Source: an uncultured Gammaproteobacteria bacterium
GTDB taxonomy: Bacteria; Patescibacteriota; Patescibacteriia; 2-12-FULL-57-11
Assembly (NCBI GenBank): GCA_964648865.1
Contig: CAZYLV010000005.1
Location: 6,360 to 70,359, forward strand
Direction: 5' to 3'
Length of the DNA stretch: 64,000 nucleotides
Below are positions 1 to 7,492 of this stretch, piece after piece (positions within the stretch are counted from its first letter, which is position 1; each line of letters opens with the position of its first letter). Under the pieces are notes generated by a model. That model saw only the letters and a program-made list of their open reading frames with translations, made no database searches and was not told where the DNA came from. The position numbers and the translations under genes were made by a program.

Positions 1-215
1 TCATCCAGGGCTTCATGCTGGAGGCGGCCCTCAACTACGCCTGCCGCAGCCGCGGCCTGAAGTACGGCACCGTGCCGCTCTGGGGATTGGACATCCGCCG
101 CAAGATCGCCAAAGTCGGCCTGGCCAAAGGGCTCGTCGAGTACGTGAAGATGGCCTGGCAGGTGGGCTACGCCACCGTCGCGGTACGCCTGGCCGCGCTG
201 CGGGGGGATTTCTGA
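1..215 (+). CDS. 3' end of an upstream gene (partial, product unknown; does not resemble MraY C-terminus)
   Basis: Open frame runs from the window edge (codon phase starting at nt 3) to the TGA at 213-215, two nt before the murD start. No recognisable motif. Confidence 0.35.
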   Translation, partial: IQGFMLEAALNYACRSRGLKYGTVPLWGLDIRRKIAKVGLAKGLVEYVKMAWQVGYATVAVRLAALRGDF

Positions 216-216
216 T

Positions 217-1605
217 ATGCGGCTCCGCGGGAAAAAGGTGCTGGTCTTCGGCTTGGGGCAGTACCCGCAGGGCTCGGGCGTGGCCGCGGCGCTTTGGCTG
301 GCCAGGCAGGGCGCGCAGGTGACGGTCACCGACCTCAAGACGGCCGAGCGCATGCCCCAGACCGTCGCCCAGCTGCGCCGCAAGCGCAGCGTCACGTTGG
401 TGCTCGGCGCGCATCGGACGGCCGACTTCGCCCGCGCCGACCTCATCGTCCGCAACCCCGGCGTGCCGTGGAGCTCGCCTCTCCTGGCGCTGGCCCGGCG
501 CCGCGGGATCCCCGTGCACTCCGACGTCACGCTCTTCCTGGAGGGCTGTCCGGCGCCGGTCGCGGCCGTCACCGGCACGCGCGGCAAGAGCACCACCGCG
601 GCGCTCGCCGCGGCGATGCTCGAGGCCTCCGGTTTCCGCGCCTGGCTGGGCGGGAACATCCGGGTCTCGCCGTTGACGTTCCTGGAGAAGGTCAGGCCGG
701 CGCACCGCGTGGTGCTGGAGCTCTCCAGTTTCCTCACGGAGACGCTCGGTCCGGACCGCCGCGCGCCGGAGGTCGCGGCCATCACCAACCTGATGCGCGA
801 CCACCTGAATTTCTACCCGGACATGACGGCGTACGCCGCGGCCAAGGAACGCATCTTCGCGTTCCAGGACGAGGACGACGTCGCCGTGGTCAACCGCGAC
901 GATCCGTGGACGCGGAAGATGGGGGAGCGCGTCCCCGGCCGCCGTCGGTGGTGGTCTGCGACGCCGTTCCCGGAGGAGAACGGCGCCTTCCTGCGCGGGA
1001 GCAGGCTCATCGTCCGGCAGGACGGCGAGGAGCGCGCCGTGGCCGACCTCAAGACGATGCGGCTGGCGGGCGCCCACAACCGCGCCAATGCCGTCGCCGC
1101 CGCGCTGACGGCGCTTGCCGCCGGCGCCACGGACGCCGGCGTGCGCAAGGCGCTGCGCACCTTCCGTGGGCTGCCGGACCGTCAGGAGACCGTGGCCGTG
1201 CGTCGCGGCGTGCGCTTCGTCAACGACACCACGGCGACGACGCCGGACGCGCTGCTCGCGGCGTTGGCCGCCTTCGGCGACAGGAAGCGCCTCATCCTGA
1301 TCGCCGGCGGCACGGACAAGAATCTCGACTTCGCCGCGCTTCCCGAAGCCGTGCGGCGCGGCGTGAAGCTGCTGGTCCTCCTGCCCGGCACCGGCACGGA
1401 CCAGATGAAGAAAGCCTTCTTCAAGGCCAGACTGCGCACGCCGGCGTTCGAGGCCGACTCCATGGAAGCGGCGGTGGAGCTCGCCGCCGGCATCGCCGAG
1501 CGCGGCGACGTGGTGCTGCTCTCGCCCGGTTGCGCCAGCTTCGGGCCGTTCGCCAACGAGTTCGACCGCGGGGAACGGTTCGTCGCGGCGGTCAAGGGGA
1601 TGTAA
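217..1605 (+). CDS. murD: UDP-N-acetylmuramoylalanine--D-glutamate ligase
   Basis: 462 aa. N-terminal Rossmann-like 'KVLVFGLG' segment, Mur ligase P-loop 'GTRGKSTT', central 'ITNLMRDHLNFYPDMTAYAAAKERIF', and C-terminal 'LIAGGTDK' / 'LLSPGCASFGPFANEFDRGERF' typical of MurD. Confidence 0.9.
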   Translation: MRLRGKKVLVFGLGQYPQGSGVAAALWLARQGAQVTVTDLKTAERMPQTVAQLRRKRSVTLVLGAHRTADFARADLIVRNPGVPWSSPLLALARRRGIPVHSDVTLFLEGCPAPVAAVTGTRGKSTTAALAAAMLEASGFRAWLGGNIRVSPLTFLEKVRPAHRVVLELSSFLTETLGPDRRAPEVAAITNLMRDHLNFYPDMTAYAAAKERIFAFQDEDDVAVVNRDDPWTRKMGERVPGRRRWWSATPFPEENGAFLRGSRLIVRQDGEERAVADLKTMRLAGAHNRANAVAAALTALAAGATDAGVRKALRTFRGLPDRQETVAVRRGVRFVNDTTATTPDALLAALAAFGDRKRLILIAGGTDKNLDFAALPEAVRRGVKLLVLLPGTGTDQMKKAFFKARLRTPAFEADSMEAAVELAAGIAERGDVVLLSPGCASFGPFANEFDRGERFVAAVKGM

Positions 1606-1614
1606 GATCGGGCC

Positions 1615-2985
1615 ATGCTCAGGCAGCTCAAAACCGCGGTCCGTCCGTTGGTGCCGACGCCGGCGCTGCTCCTGTACCACCGCATCCTGGCCGAGGCGGC
1701 GGCCTTCCTGTACGGCTACCCGTCGCGGCGGATGGTCGTGGTCGGCGTCACCGGCACCAAGGGCAAGACCACCACCAGCATCCTGCTCGCCCGCATCCTG
1801 CGCGCGGCCGGACACACGACCGGCCTGGCCACGACCGCGGCCATCTCGACCGGAGGCGAGGAGCGGCTCAACCCGTACAAGCAGACGATGCTCGGCCGTT
1901 TCGCCCTCCAGAAGCTGCTCAAGGAGATGGTCGACGCCGGCTGTACGCGCGCGGTCATCGAGACGTCGTCCGAGGGCATCGTCCAGCATCGGCACCGCGG
2001 CATCCTCTACGACGTGGCGCTCATCACCAACCTCACCCCGGAGCACATCCAGGCGCACGGCAGTTTCGCCGCGTACCGGGACGCCAAGCGCGCGCTCTTC
2101 CGCGCCGTCTCCGCGCGTCCGCCCAAGTCCGTCGGCGGCAGGCTCGTCCCGCGGACCTTCGTGGTCAACGGCTGCTTCGCCGAGGCGGCGCTCTTCATGG
2201 CGCTGCCCGCGGACCGGCTCGTGACCTTCCATATGGAAGACGGCTGCGAGCGTTGCGCTATCCCCCCGGCGCACCTGCGCGTCGGCTATCGGCGCCTGAT
2301 GTCCACGGGCTTGGTCACCGGAGCGGACGGCGTCTCCTTCCGGGTCGACGGTGCCGCGGTGCGCTTCCCGATGCCCGGCCGCGCCTCGGCGTGGAACGCC
2401 CTGGCCGCCCTGGCCGCCGCCGAGGCGCTCGGGGTGCCGCGCGCCACCGCCGCCGACGCCCTGGCCGCCGTCCGCGGCGTGCCGGGCCGCTTCGAGCGCG
2501 TCGAGGTCGGCCAGCCGTTCACGGCGATGGTCGACTACGCGCACGAGCCGGAGTCCTTCCGTCAGCTGTTCGCGGCGGTCGGCAGGCCCCCCGGCCGCAT
2601 CATCCATGTCTTCGGGGCCACCGGGGGCGGACGTGATGCCGGCCGCCGGCCCGTGATGGGGGAGATCTCCTCGCGGCACGCCGACGTGGTCATCGTCACC
2701 ACCGACGATCCCTACGACGACGACCCGGCCGGGATCTCCCGGCAGGTCATCGCCGGGGTCCGCGACAAGACGCCGGGCGAGTCGCTCTTCGACATCCTCG
2801 ACCGCCGCGCCGCAGTCGCCAAGGCCGTGGAGATCGCCCGGCCGGGCGATCTGCTGCTCGTCACGGGCAAGGGGAGCGAGCAGGCCATGGTCCTGGCCGC
2901 CGGCAAGAAGGTCCCCTGGGACGACCGCGTCGTGGTCCGGGAAGAGATCCAGAAACGCTATGGAACGCTACACCCTGCGCCCTAA
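1615..2985 (+). CDS. murE: Mur ligase family protein, MurE-like (UDP-MurNAc-tripeptide synthetase), without the usual N-terminal domain
   Basis: 'GVTGTKGKTTT' P-loop. 'TNLTPEHIQAHGSFAAYRDAK' resembles MurE 'TNLSRDHLDYHG..Y..AK'. 'VDYAHEPESF', 'GATGGGRDAGRRPVMG', 'VTTDDPYDD' and 'TGKGSEQ' match the MurE C-terminal domain. Only ~40 aa precede the P-loop. Confidence 0.7.
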   Translation: MLRQLKTAVRPLVPTPALLLYHRILAEAAAFLYGYPSRRMVVVGVTGTKGKTTTSILLARILRAAGHTTGLATTAAISTGGEERLNPYKQTMLGRFALQKLLKEMVDAGCTRAVIETSSEGIVQHRHRGILYDVALITNLTPEHIQAHGSFAAYRDAKRALFRAVSARPPKSVGGRLVPRTFVVNGCFAEAALFMALPADRLVTFHMEDGCERCAIPPAHLRVGYRRLMSTGLVTGADGVSFRVDGAAVRFPMPGRASAWNALAALAAAEALGVPRATAADALAAVRGVPGRFERVEVGQPFTAMVDYAHEPESFRQLFAAVGRPPGRIIHVFGATGGGRDAGRRPVMGEISSRHADVVIVTTDDPYDDDPAGISRQVIAGVRDKTPGESLFDILDRRAAVAKAVEIARPGDLLLVTGKGSEQAMVLAAGKKVPWDDRVVVREEIQKRYGTLHPAP

Positions 2986-3595
2986 GGAAAAGGTCCTGCT
3001 GCACGTGCGCCGCCATCCGGTGATGGTCGCCGTGCCGCTGCTCTTCCTGCTCGCCCTGTTGCTGCTCGACGCCTTCCTGATGGCGCACCTCTTCCGTTTC
3101 GGGATCCTCGGCGTGCTGGCCTTCCTGCTCGTGGCCGCGTTCTGCGTCCTGGCGGCGCTCAAGTCCTGGCTGCTGTGGATCTCCAACGTGTTCCTGGTCA
3201 CCAGCCACCGCGTCATCGACGTCGACCGCCACGGCTTCTTCCACTGGACCGTCTCCGAGGCCGATCTGGAGCGCATCCAGGACGTCTCCGTGCACAAGCG
3301 CGGCGTGCTCGACCACGTCTTCGGCGCCGGGGCCATCGAGATCCAGACGGCCGGCAGCTCGGCCGTGCTCGAGCTCTCCCGCGTCCCGGCGCCCTTTGCG
3401 GTGCGCGCCCGCATCACCGAGGCCCAAGACGCCCTGGCCGCCGCGGAGCCGATGCGGCCGGAGGCCGGCCCGGATGATCTCGCCGCGCGCGTCCGGGCGC
3501 TGCCGCCGGAGGACCAGCGCGCCGTCGCCAAATACGTCGACCATCTGCGCAGCCGTCGCGCCTTTGCGGCGTTTTCGGCCGAAGAAGAGGGCTAG
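2960..3595 (+). CDS. membrane protein with bacterial PH (bPH_2/YdbT-like) domain
   Basis: Two N-terminal hydrophobic helices followed by a soluble domain. 'YTLRPKEKVLLHVRRHP' N-terminus is typical of the bPH_2 family. Overlaps the murE-like end by 26 nt. Confidence 0.5.
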   Translation: MERYTLRPKEKVLLHVRRHPVMVAVPLLFLLALLLLDAFLMAHLFRFGILGVLAFLLVAAFCVLAALKSWLLWISNVFLVTSHRVIDVDRHGFFHWTVSEADLERIQDVSVHKRGVLDHVFGAGAIEIQTAGSSAVLELSRVPAPFAVRARITEAQDALAAAEPMRPEAGPDDLAARVRALPPEDQRAVAKYVDHLRSRRAFAAFSAEEEG

Positions 3596-3617
3596 CTGTG
3601 CTATACTGGGCGCAGGC

Positions 3618-4028
3618 ATGCGCACCCGCGCCTCCAGCTTGCAGCAGCGTCTGTGGAACCCGAGGACGATGCTCGTCCTCGGCGGTTTGAGCGTCTTCGC
3701 CGTCGGCAGCGCCCTCATCAACCTCTCCTTGCGCAACCAGTCCATCGACACGGACATCGCGCGGCTGGAGGCCGAGGCGCACGCGCTCGAAGCGCGCAAC
3801 CTGGAGCTGGTGGAGCTGCTCAAGCGTTTCGAGACCTCGGGTTTCCTGGAGCGCGAGGCGCGGCTCAAGCTCAACCTGCAGAAGCCGGGGGAGACGGTCG
3901 TCGTCGTGGAACGGCAGGCCCGGACCACCTCCACCATCGCGGCAGGGCCGCGGCGCGAGACGCTCAGCAACCCCGAGCGCTGGTGGCGGTATTTCTTCGA
4001 TCCGCGGTCGTTGGCCGTCAGCCGCTGA
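3618..4028 (+). CDS. FtsB/DivIC-like septum formation initiator
   Basis: 136 aa: short N-terminus, one TM helix (LVLGGLSVFAVGSALINL), then a coiled coil (IARLEAEAHALEARNLELVELLKR). ATG at 3618 lies 10 nt after a TGcTATACT box. Confidence 0.55.
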   Translation: MRTRASSLQQRLWNPRTMLVLGGLSVFAVGSALINLSLRNQSIDTDIARLEAEAHALEARNLELVELLKRFETSGFLEREARLKLNLQKPGETVVVVERQARTTSTIAAGPRRETLSNPERWWRYFFDPRSLAVSR

Positions 4029-4029
4029 T

Positions 4030-4632
4030 ATGGCACGGGGCAAGACCACGCCGGACATCGAGAGCGTCGCCCTGAGCCCGGCGCCGTGGGTGGCGACCGT
4101 GGCGGGGTTCCTGGTGCTGCTCGCCGGCGCCTGCACGGCCTTCGCCGTGGGCATCTACAGCGGCGGCTGGAGCGGGACATTGGCGCGTCGTGCCGCGGCC
4201 ATCATCCCGTACCCGGCGGCCGTGGTCGACGGACGGTGGGTGCTGGTGCGCGAGGTGCTCGAGGACACCGAGGCCTTCTTGGCCTACCGCGACGCGCATC
4301 CCGAGGTCGACGGCGTCGTGGACCGCGCGGCCATCCAGTCCAACGTGCTCTCACGGCTGGTACGCACCGCGCGCATCGAGCGGCTGGCCAAGGAGCGCGG
4401 CATCGTCGTGACCCAGGCCGAGGTGGACGAGGAGTTCGCCCGCGCCCAGGCGGACGCCGCCGCGACGCTCACCGAGGCGTTGGCCCAGTTCGGTTGGTCC
4501 GAGGAGGGCTTCAAGCGCAAGGTCATCCAGGTCTACCTGCTGCAGAACAAGCTGCGCGGCGTGATGGGCGAGGAGGCGCTGGACGCCGCCCTTGCCGAGG
4601 AGGACGGCATCGTGTATCTGATGAGACGTTGA
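4030..4632 (+). CDS. membrane-anchored hypothetical protein (SurA N-terminal-like/chaperone-like)
   Basis: N-terminal TM helix (WVATVAGFLVLLAGACTAFAVGIY) followed by a soluble domain. Starts 2 nt after the previous stop. Confidence 0.45.
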   Translation: MARGKTTPDIESVALSPAPWVATVAGFLVLLAGACTAFAVGIYSGGWSGTLARRAAAIIPYPAAVVDGRWVLVREVLEDTEAFLAYRDAHPEVDGVVDRAAIQSNVLSRLVRTARIERLAKERGIVVTQAEVDEEFARAQADAAATLTEALAQFGWSEEGFKRKVIQVYLLQNKLRGVMGEEALDAALAEEDGIVYLMRR

Positions 4633-4747
4633 CATGCTGCTCACCGCTTCACGGGCGATCTGGTCGGGATTCGACGAATCCGGCACCCCGTAGCGGGCGG
4701 CCGTGCCTCGGCAGGGACGCCCGGCGGCGTCTTTTTCGTATCCCATG

Positions 4748-5449
4748 CACATGATCGTCCACGCCATCACCACGCGCGTCTTCTGGGAGGGGGAGCCGCT
4801 CGTCCCGTTCATCCTGGAGCATGTCCGCCGCCTGCCGGACGGCGCCGTGCTCGTCGTGACCTCCAAGATCGTGGCGCTCGCCGAGCGCCGCACGGCGCCG
4901 CTCGCGGAGAAGCGACGCCTCATCCGTGAGGAGGCCGAGCTCGTGGTCCCGGCCAAGTACGCCACGCTGACCGTCAAGGACGGCATGGTCATGGCCTCGG
5001 CCGGCATCGACGAGTCCAATGCCGACGGCAAGCTGGTGCTCCTGCCGCGCGACAGCTACGCCGCGGCGCGTCGCATCCGCGCGGCGTTGAAGAAGCGCTT
5101 CCGGCGGAAGCGGCTCGGCGTCCTCGTCACCGACAGCCGTCTCCTGCCGCTGCGCGCCGGGGTGACCGGCGTGGCCATGGGCTATGCCGGCTTCAAGGGC
5201 ATCCGCGACTATCGCGGCACGCCGGACATCTTCGGCCGCATCCTGCATCACTCGCGCACCGACGTGGCCGATTCCTTGGCCACGGCCGCCGTCCTGGAGA
5301 TGGGGGAGGGGGCGGAGCGCCGGCCGCTCTGCCTCATCACCGGGGCGACGGTCGATTTCGTCGAGCGCATCGACCGCAAGGAGCTCGCCATCGACGTCCG
5401 TGAGGACCTCTACGGCCCGCTCTATGCGCGCGTGCGGCGCAAGAAGTAG
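4748..5449 (+). CDS. CofE-family protein (F420-0:gamma-glutamyl ligase / folate gamma-glutamate ligase-like)
   Basis: 'VVTSKIVALAE' and 'ASAGIDESNADG' are characteristic of the CofE (PF01996) fold. ATG at 4748 chosen as the first in-frame ATG of the conserved region. Confidence 0.55.
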   Translation, partial: HMIVHAITTRVFWEGEPLVPFILEHVRRLPDGAVLVVTSKIVALAERRTAPLAEKRRLIREEAELVVPAKYATLTVKDGMVMASAGIDESNADGKLVLLPRDSYAAARRIRAALKKRFRRKRLGVLVTDSRLLPLRAGVTGVAMGYAGFKGIRDYRGTPDIFGRILHHSRTDVADSLATAAVLEMGEGAERRPLCLITGATVDFVERIDRKELAIDVREDLYGPLYARVRRKK

Positions 5450-5455
5450 GCGCGT

Positions 5456-5971
5456 TTACGAGGCGTCAATCTCGGCGAAGACGCGTTCGATGACCGTTTC
5501 GATGGGTTGGTCGGTGTCGACCGGGATAGCACCGCGATCGAGCATCCGGCGTTCAAAGTCCTGTCGCCAACTCTGTATCGTCGCTTCTTCACCCGCATCC
5601 TTGCCGAACTCGTTCTCTGTTCGCGTCCGAAGCCGCCTCAGGAAGGACGCCTCGCTGCAATACAAGAGAATGACCTTGTCGAACAGCGGTAATATCTCCT
5701 CGAGGTTGTGCGACATGCCGACGACAACGACGATATCAGCAGAGTCGAGCAGTCGTTTGGTATGTTCGAGATCGCAGATGTATTCGTGTTCATCGAGCCA
5801 GTCGCGGCCGATACCTGTGTAGTAGCTGGCTTTTTCCCTTGAGGTCTTGTTCCGCCAATGGCAGAGGCCCGCCGTCGAGTCGATGTCATGGACGGCGACG
5901 CCACGCTCGGACAGCCCCTTGGCTAAAGTCGATTTCCCCGTGCCGGGGATGCCGGTAATGAAGATCTTCAT
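5456..5971 (-). CDS. P-loop NTPase, small nucleoside/nucleotide kinase-like (AAA_18/33-like)
   Basis: 'MKIFITGIPGTGKSTLAKGL' Walker A at the N-terminus, 171 aa. Visibly lower GC than its surroundings. Confidence 0.6.
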   Translation of the reverse strand: MKIFITGIPGTGKSTLAKGLSERGVAVHDIDSTAGLCHWRNKTSREKASYYTGIGRDWLDEHEYICDLEHTKRLLDSADIVVVVGMSHNLEEILPLFDKVILLYCSEASFLRRLRTRTENEFGKDAGEEATIQSWRQDFERRMLDRGAIPVDTDQPIETVIERVFAEIDAS

Positions 5972-5975
5972 GCAT

Positions 5976-6257
5976 CTAGGATAGCAGCCGTGACCGGTAG
6001 CGCAATCGCTCGAACGTCAGCTGAAGTTGGTGTTTGAGAGCCTCGCGACCATTTCCACCCTTGAGGTAGCGCTCGCGTCGCTCCGCTTCGGCGGCGGTCG
6101 GATAGGCCTCATAATAGATCAACTCCAACGGTCGGCGGTCCTGGGTCGACCGAACACGGCCGGAACGATGGTCGTCGAGCCGACGCTCGAGGTCGCCCGT
6201 GGAGCCGACATACAACCGCCGGTCGCGATGGCTGAACAGGACGTACGTGTAGTGCAT
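5976..6257 (-). CDS. GIY-YIG nuclease domain protein (UPF0213-like)
   Basis: 'YTYVLFSHRDRRLYVGSTGDLERRLDDH' matches the GIY-YIG motif spacing. 93 aa. A 4-nt gap separates it from the downstream P-loop gene. Confidence 0.7.
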   Translation of the reverse strand: MHYTYVLFSHRDRRLYVGSTGDLERRLDDHRSGRVRSTQDRRPLELIYYEAYPTAAEAERRERYLKGGNGREALKHQLQLTFERLRYRSRLLS

Positions 6258-6282
6258 GCTTCCATGATATGCAAAACCAGCC

Positions 6283-6310
6283 GGGTCGCGGCTGGTTTTG
6301 TCTGCCGAAT
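6283..6310 (-). terminator. hairpin terminator (AAAACCAGCCG-GGTC-GCGGCTGGTTTT), likely ends the tRNA-Gly/Thr unit
   Basis: Perfect 11-bp stem flanked by an A-tract and a T-tract. Confidence 0.6.
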
Positions 6311-6333
6311 GCGTTTCGGTCGTCCTGTCAAGG

Positions 6334-6440
6334 GTCCAGCTGAGCTGGGCTCACCGAGCTCTGTTCCGCTCGGTCTCTTGGCATCTGAAGGCGAAGCTGA
6401 GCTTCGCCTTATGACTTTTTGACGACCGAGCTGAGCTCGG
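6334..6440 (-). repeat. tRNA trailer repeat copy 1 (three AGCTGAGCT-centred hairpins)
   Basis: cCAGCTGAGCTGGg, GCGAAGCTGAGCTTCGC and CCGAGCTGAGCTCGG hairpins. Near-identical to copy 2. Confidence 0.7.
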
Positions 6441-6516
6441 TGGAGCCACCTCCGGGATTCGAACCCGGGACCTCTGCTTTACGAAAGCATTGCTCTACCG
6501 GCTGAGCTAAGGTGGC
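6441..6516 (-). tRNA. tRNA-Thr (anticodon CGT)
   Basis: Reverse complement reads GCCACCTTAGCTCAGCCGGTAGAGCA..TTCGTAA..GGTTCGAATCC..GGTGGCTCCA: 7-bp acceptor, D-, anticodon- and T-arms, encoded CCA. Confidence 0.85.
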
Positions 6517-6540
6517 ACGCGTACTTCTTGTCGCCGAAGG

Positions 6541-6646
6541 CCCAGCTGAGCTGGGCTCACCGAGCTCTGTTACGCTCGGTCTTTTTCCCCCGGATGCCGC
6601 AGCTGAGCTGCGGCTTATGACTTTTCAACGACCGAGCTGAGCTCGG
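6541..6646 (-). repeat. tRNA trailer repeat copy 2 (three AGCTGAGCT-centred hairpins)
   Basis: CCCAGCTGAGCTGGG, GCCGCAGCTGAGCTGCGGC and CCGAGCTGAGCTCGG. Lies between tRNA-Gly and tRNA-Thr. Confidence 0.7.
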
Positions 6647-6720
6647 TGGAGCGGGTAGCGGGAATCGAACCCGCGACTACTGCTTGGGAAGCAGTCGTTT
6701 TACCATTGAACTATACCCGC
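6647..6720 (-). tRNA. tRNA-Gly (anticodon CCC)
   Basis: Reverse complement reads GCGGGTATAGTTCAATGGTAAAACGACTGCTTCCCAAGCAGTAGTCGCGGGTTCGATTCCCGCTACCCGCTCCA: cloverleaf with anticodon loop TTCCCAA. Confidence 0.85.
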
Positions 6721-6749
6721 CCATGCGGGCTATGCCCGGTTTCGGCGTG

Positions 6750-6758
6750 TGCTATACT
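6750..6758 (+). promoter_or_regulatory. extended -10 element TGcTATACT upstream of ftsE
   Basis: AT-rich hexamer in GC-rich context, 34 nt before the ftsE ATG. Confidence 0.5.
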
Positions 6759-6783
6759 AGCAGGCGGAAATGCACGCTGCAAG
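6755..6783 (-). promoter_or_regulatory. sigma70-like promoter for the tRNA-Gly/tRNA-Thr unit (TTGCAG-17-TAGTAT on minus strand)
   Basis: Minus-strand reading CTTGCAGCGTGCATTTCCGCCTGCTAGTAT. Its -10 hexamer overlaps the plus-strand TATACT box. Confidence 0.5.
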
Positions 6784-6792
6784 CCCCTTCCG

Positions 6793-7485
6793 ATGGCCGA
6801 GTCCATGATCAATTTCCAGGACGTCTCGCGCGTCTACCCGCCGGACATCGCGGCGGTGTCCAACATCAACCTCCGTGTCCAGCCGGGGGAGTTCGTGTCC
6901 ATCGTCGGGCAGAGCGGCACAGGCAAGACCACCTTGGTGCGCCTGCTCATCGCCGAGGAGCGGCCGGATCGCGGCCGGATCGAGATCGGCGGCTGGGACG
7001 TGACGCGCATCCGCGGCAAGGACATCCCGCTGCTGCGCCGCCAGATGGGCGTGGTCTTCCAGGACTTCAAGCTGCTCCCGCAGAAGACGGTCTACGAGAA
7101 CGTGGCCTTCGCGCTCGAGGTCTCCGGGGCCAGCGGCAAGCGCATCCGCACCGTCGTCCCGCAAGTGCTCAAGATCGTCGGCCTCGAGGAGAAGGCACAC
7201 CGCTACCCGGTGCAGCTCTCCGGCGGCGAAAAGCAGCGCGTGGCCATCGCCCGGGCGCTCGTCCACCGGCCCAAGATCTTCGTGGCCGACGAGCCGACCG
7301 GGAACCTGGATTCCATCAACACCCGCGAGATCGTCGACCTGCTCGTGAAGATCAATCAGTTCGGCACCACGGTGCTGCTGGTGACCCACAACCGCGAGGT
7401 GGTCAACGGCCTGCGCAAGCGGGTGATCACCCTCGACGCCGGACAGGTCGTCTCCGACCAGGAAGTCGGCAAGTATCTGCTCTAG
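6793..7485 (+). CDS. ftsE: cell division ATP-binding protein FtsE
   Basis: 'VGQSGTGKTTL' Walker A, 'LSGGEKQRVAIARAL' ABC signature, 'IFVADEPTGNLD' Walker B. Start trimmed to 6793 because the listed ORF start at 6646 overlaps tRNA-Gly. Confidence 0.85.
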   Translation: MAESMINFQDVSRVYPPDIAAVSNINLRVQPGEFVSIVGQSGTGKTTLVRLLIAEERPDRGRIEIGGWDVTRIRGKDIPLLRRQMGVVFQDFKLLPQKTVYENVAFALEVSGASGKRIRTVVPQVLKIVGLEEKAHRYPVQLSGGEKQRVAIARALVHRPKIFVADEPTGNLDSINTREIVDLLVKINQFGTTVLLVTHNREVVNGLRKRVITLDAGQVVSDQEVGKYLL

Positions 7486-7492
7486 GAGGACC

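Noticed and set aside
31-2679. 882-aa ORF on the minus strand and the 780-aa ORF 294..2636 on the plus strand
   Set aside because: Both lie antisense or out of frame to murD/murE. They show low-complexity Arg/Gly/Ala/Pro composition typical of spurious ORFs in high-GC DNA, with no motifs. Similar artefact ORFs were rejected elsewhere, including 10667..11725(-), 13283..14590(-), 13666..15450(-), 16070..17539(-), 24040..25203(-), 25580..27541(-), 28462..30249(-), 34467..36077(-), 36566..39022(-), 44524..46635(-) and 61303..62817(-).
6646-6792. N-terminal extension of the ftsE ORF
   Set aside because: It overlaps tRNA-Gly on the opposite strand and the divergent promoter. FtsE homology begins at MAESMINF (6793).
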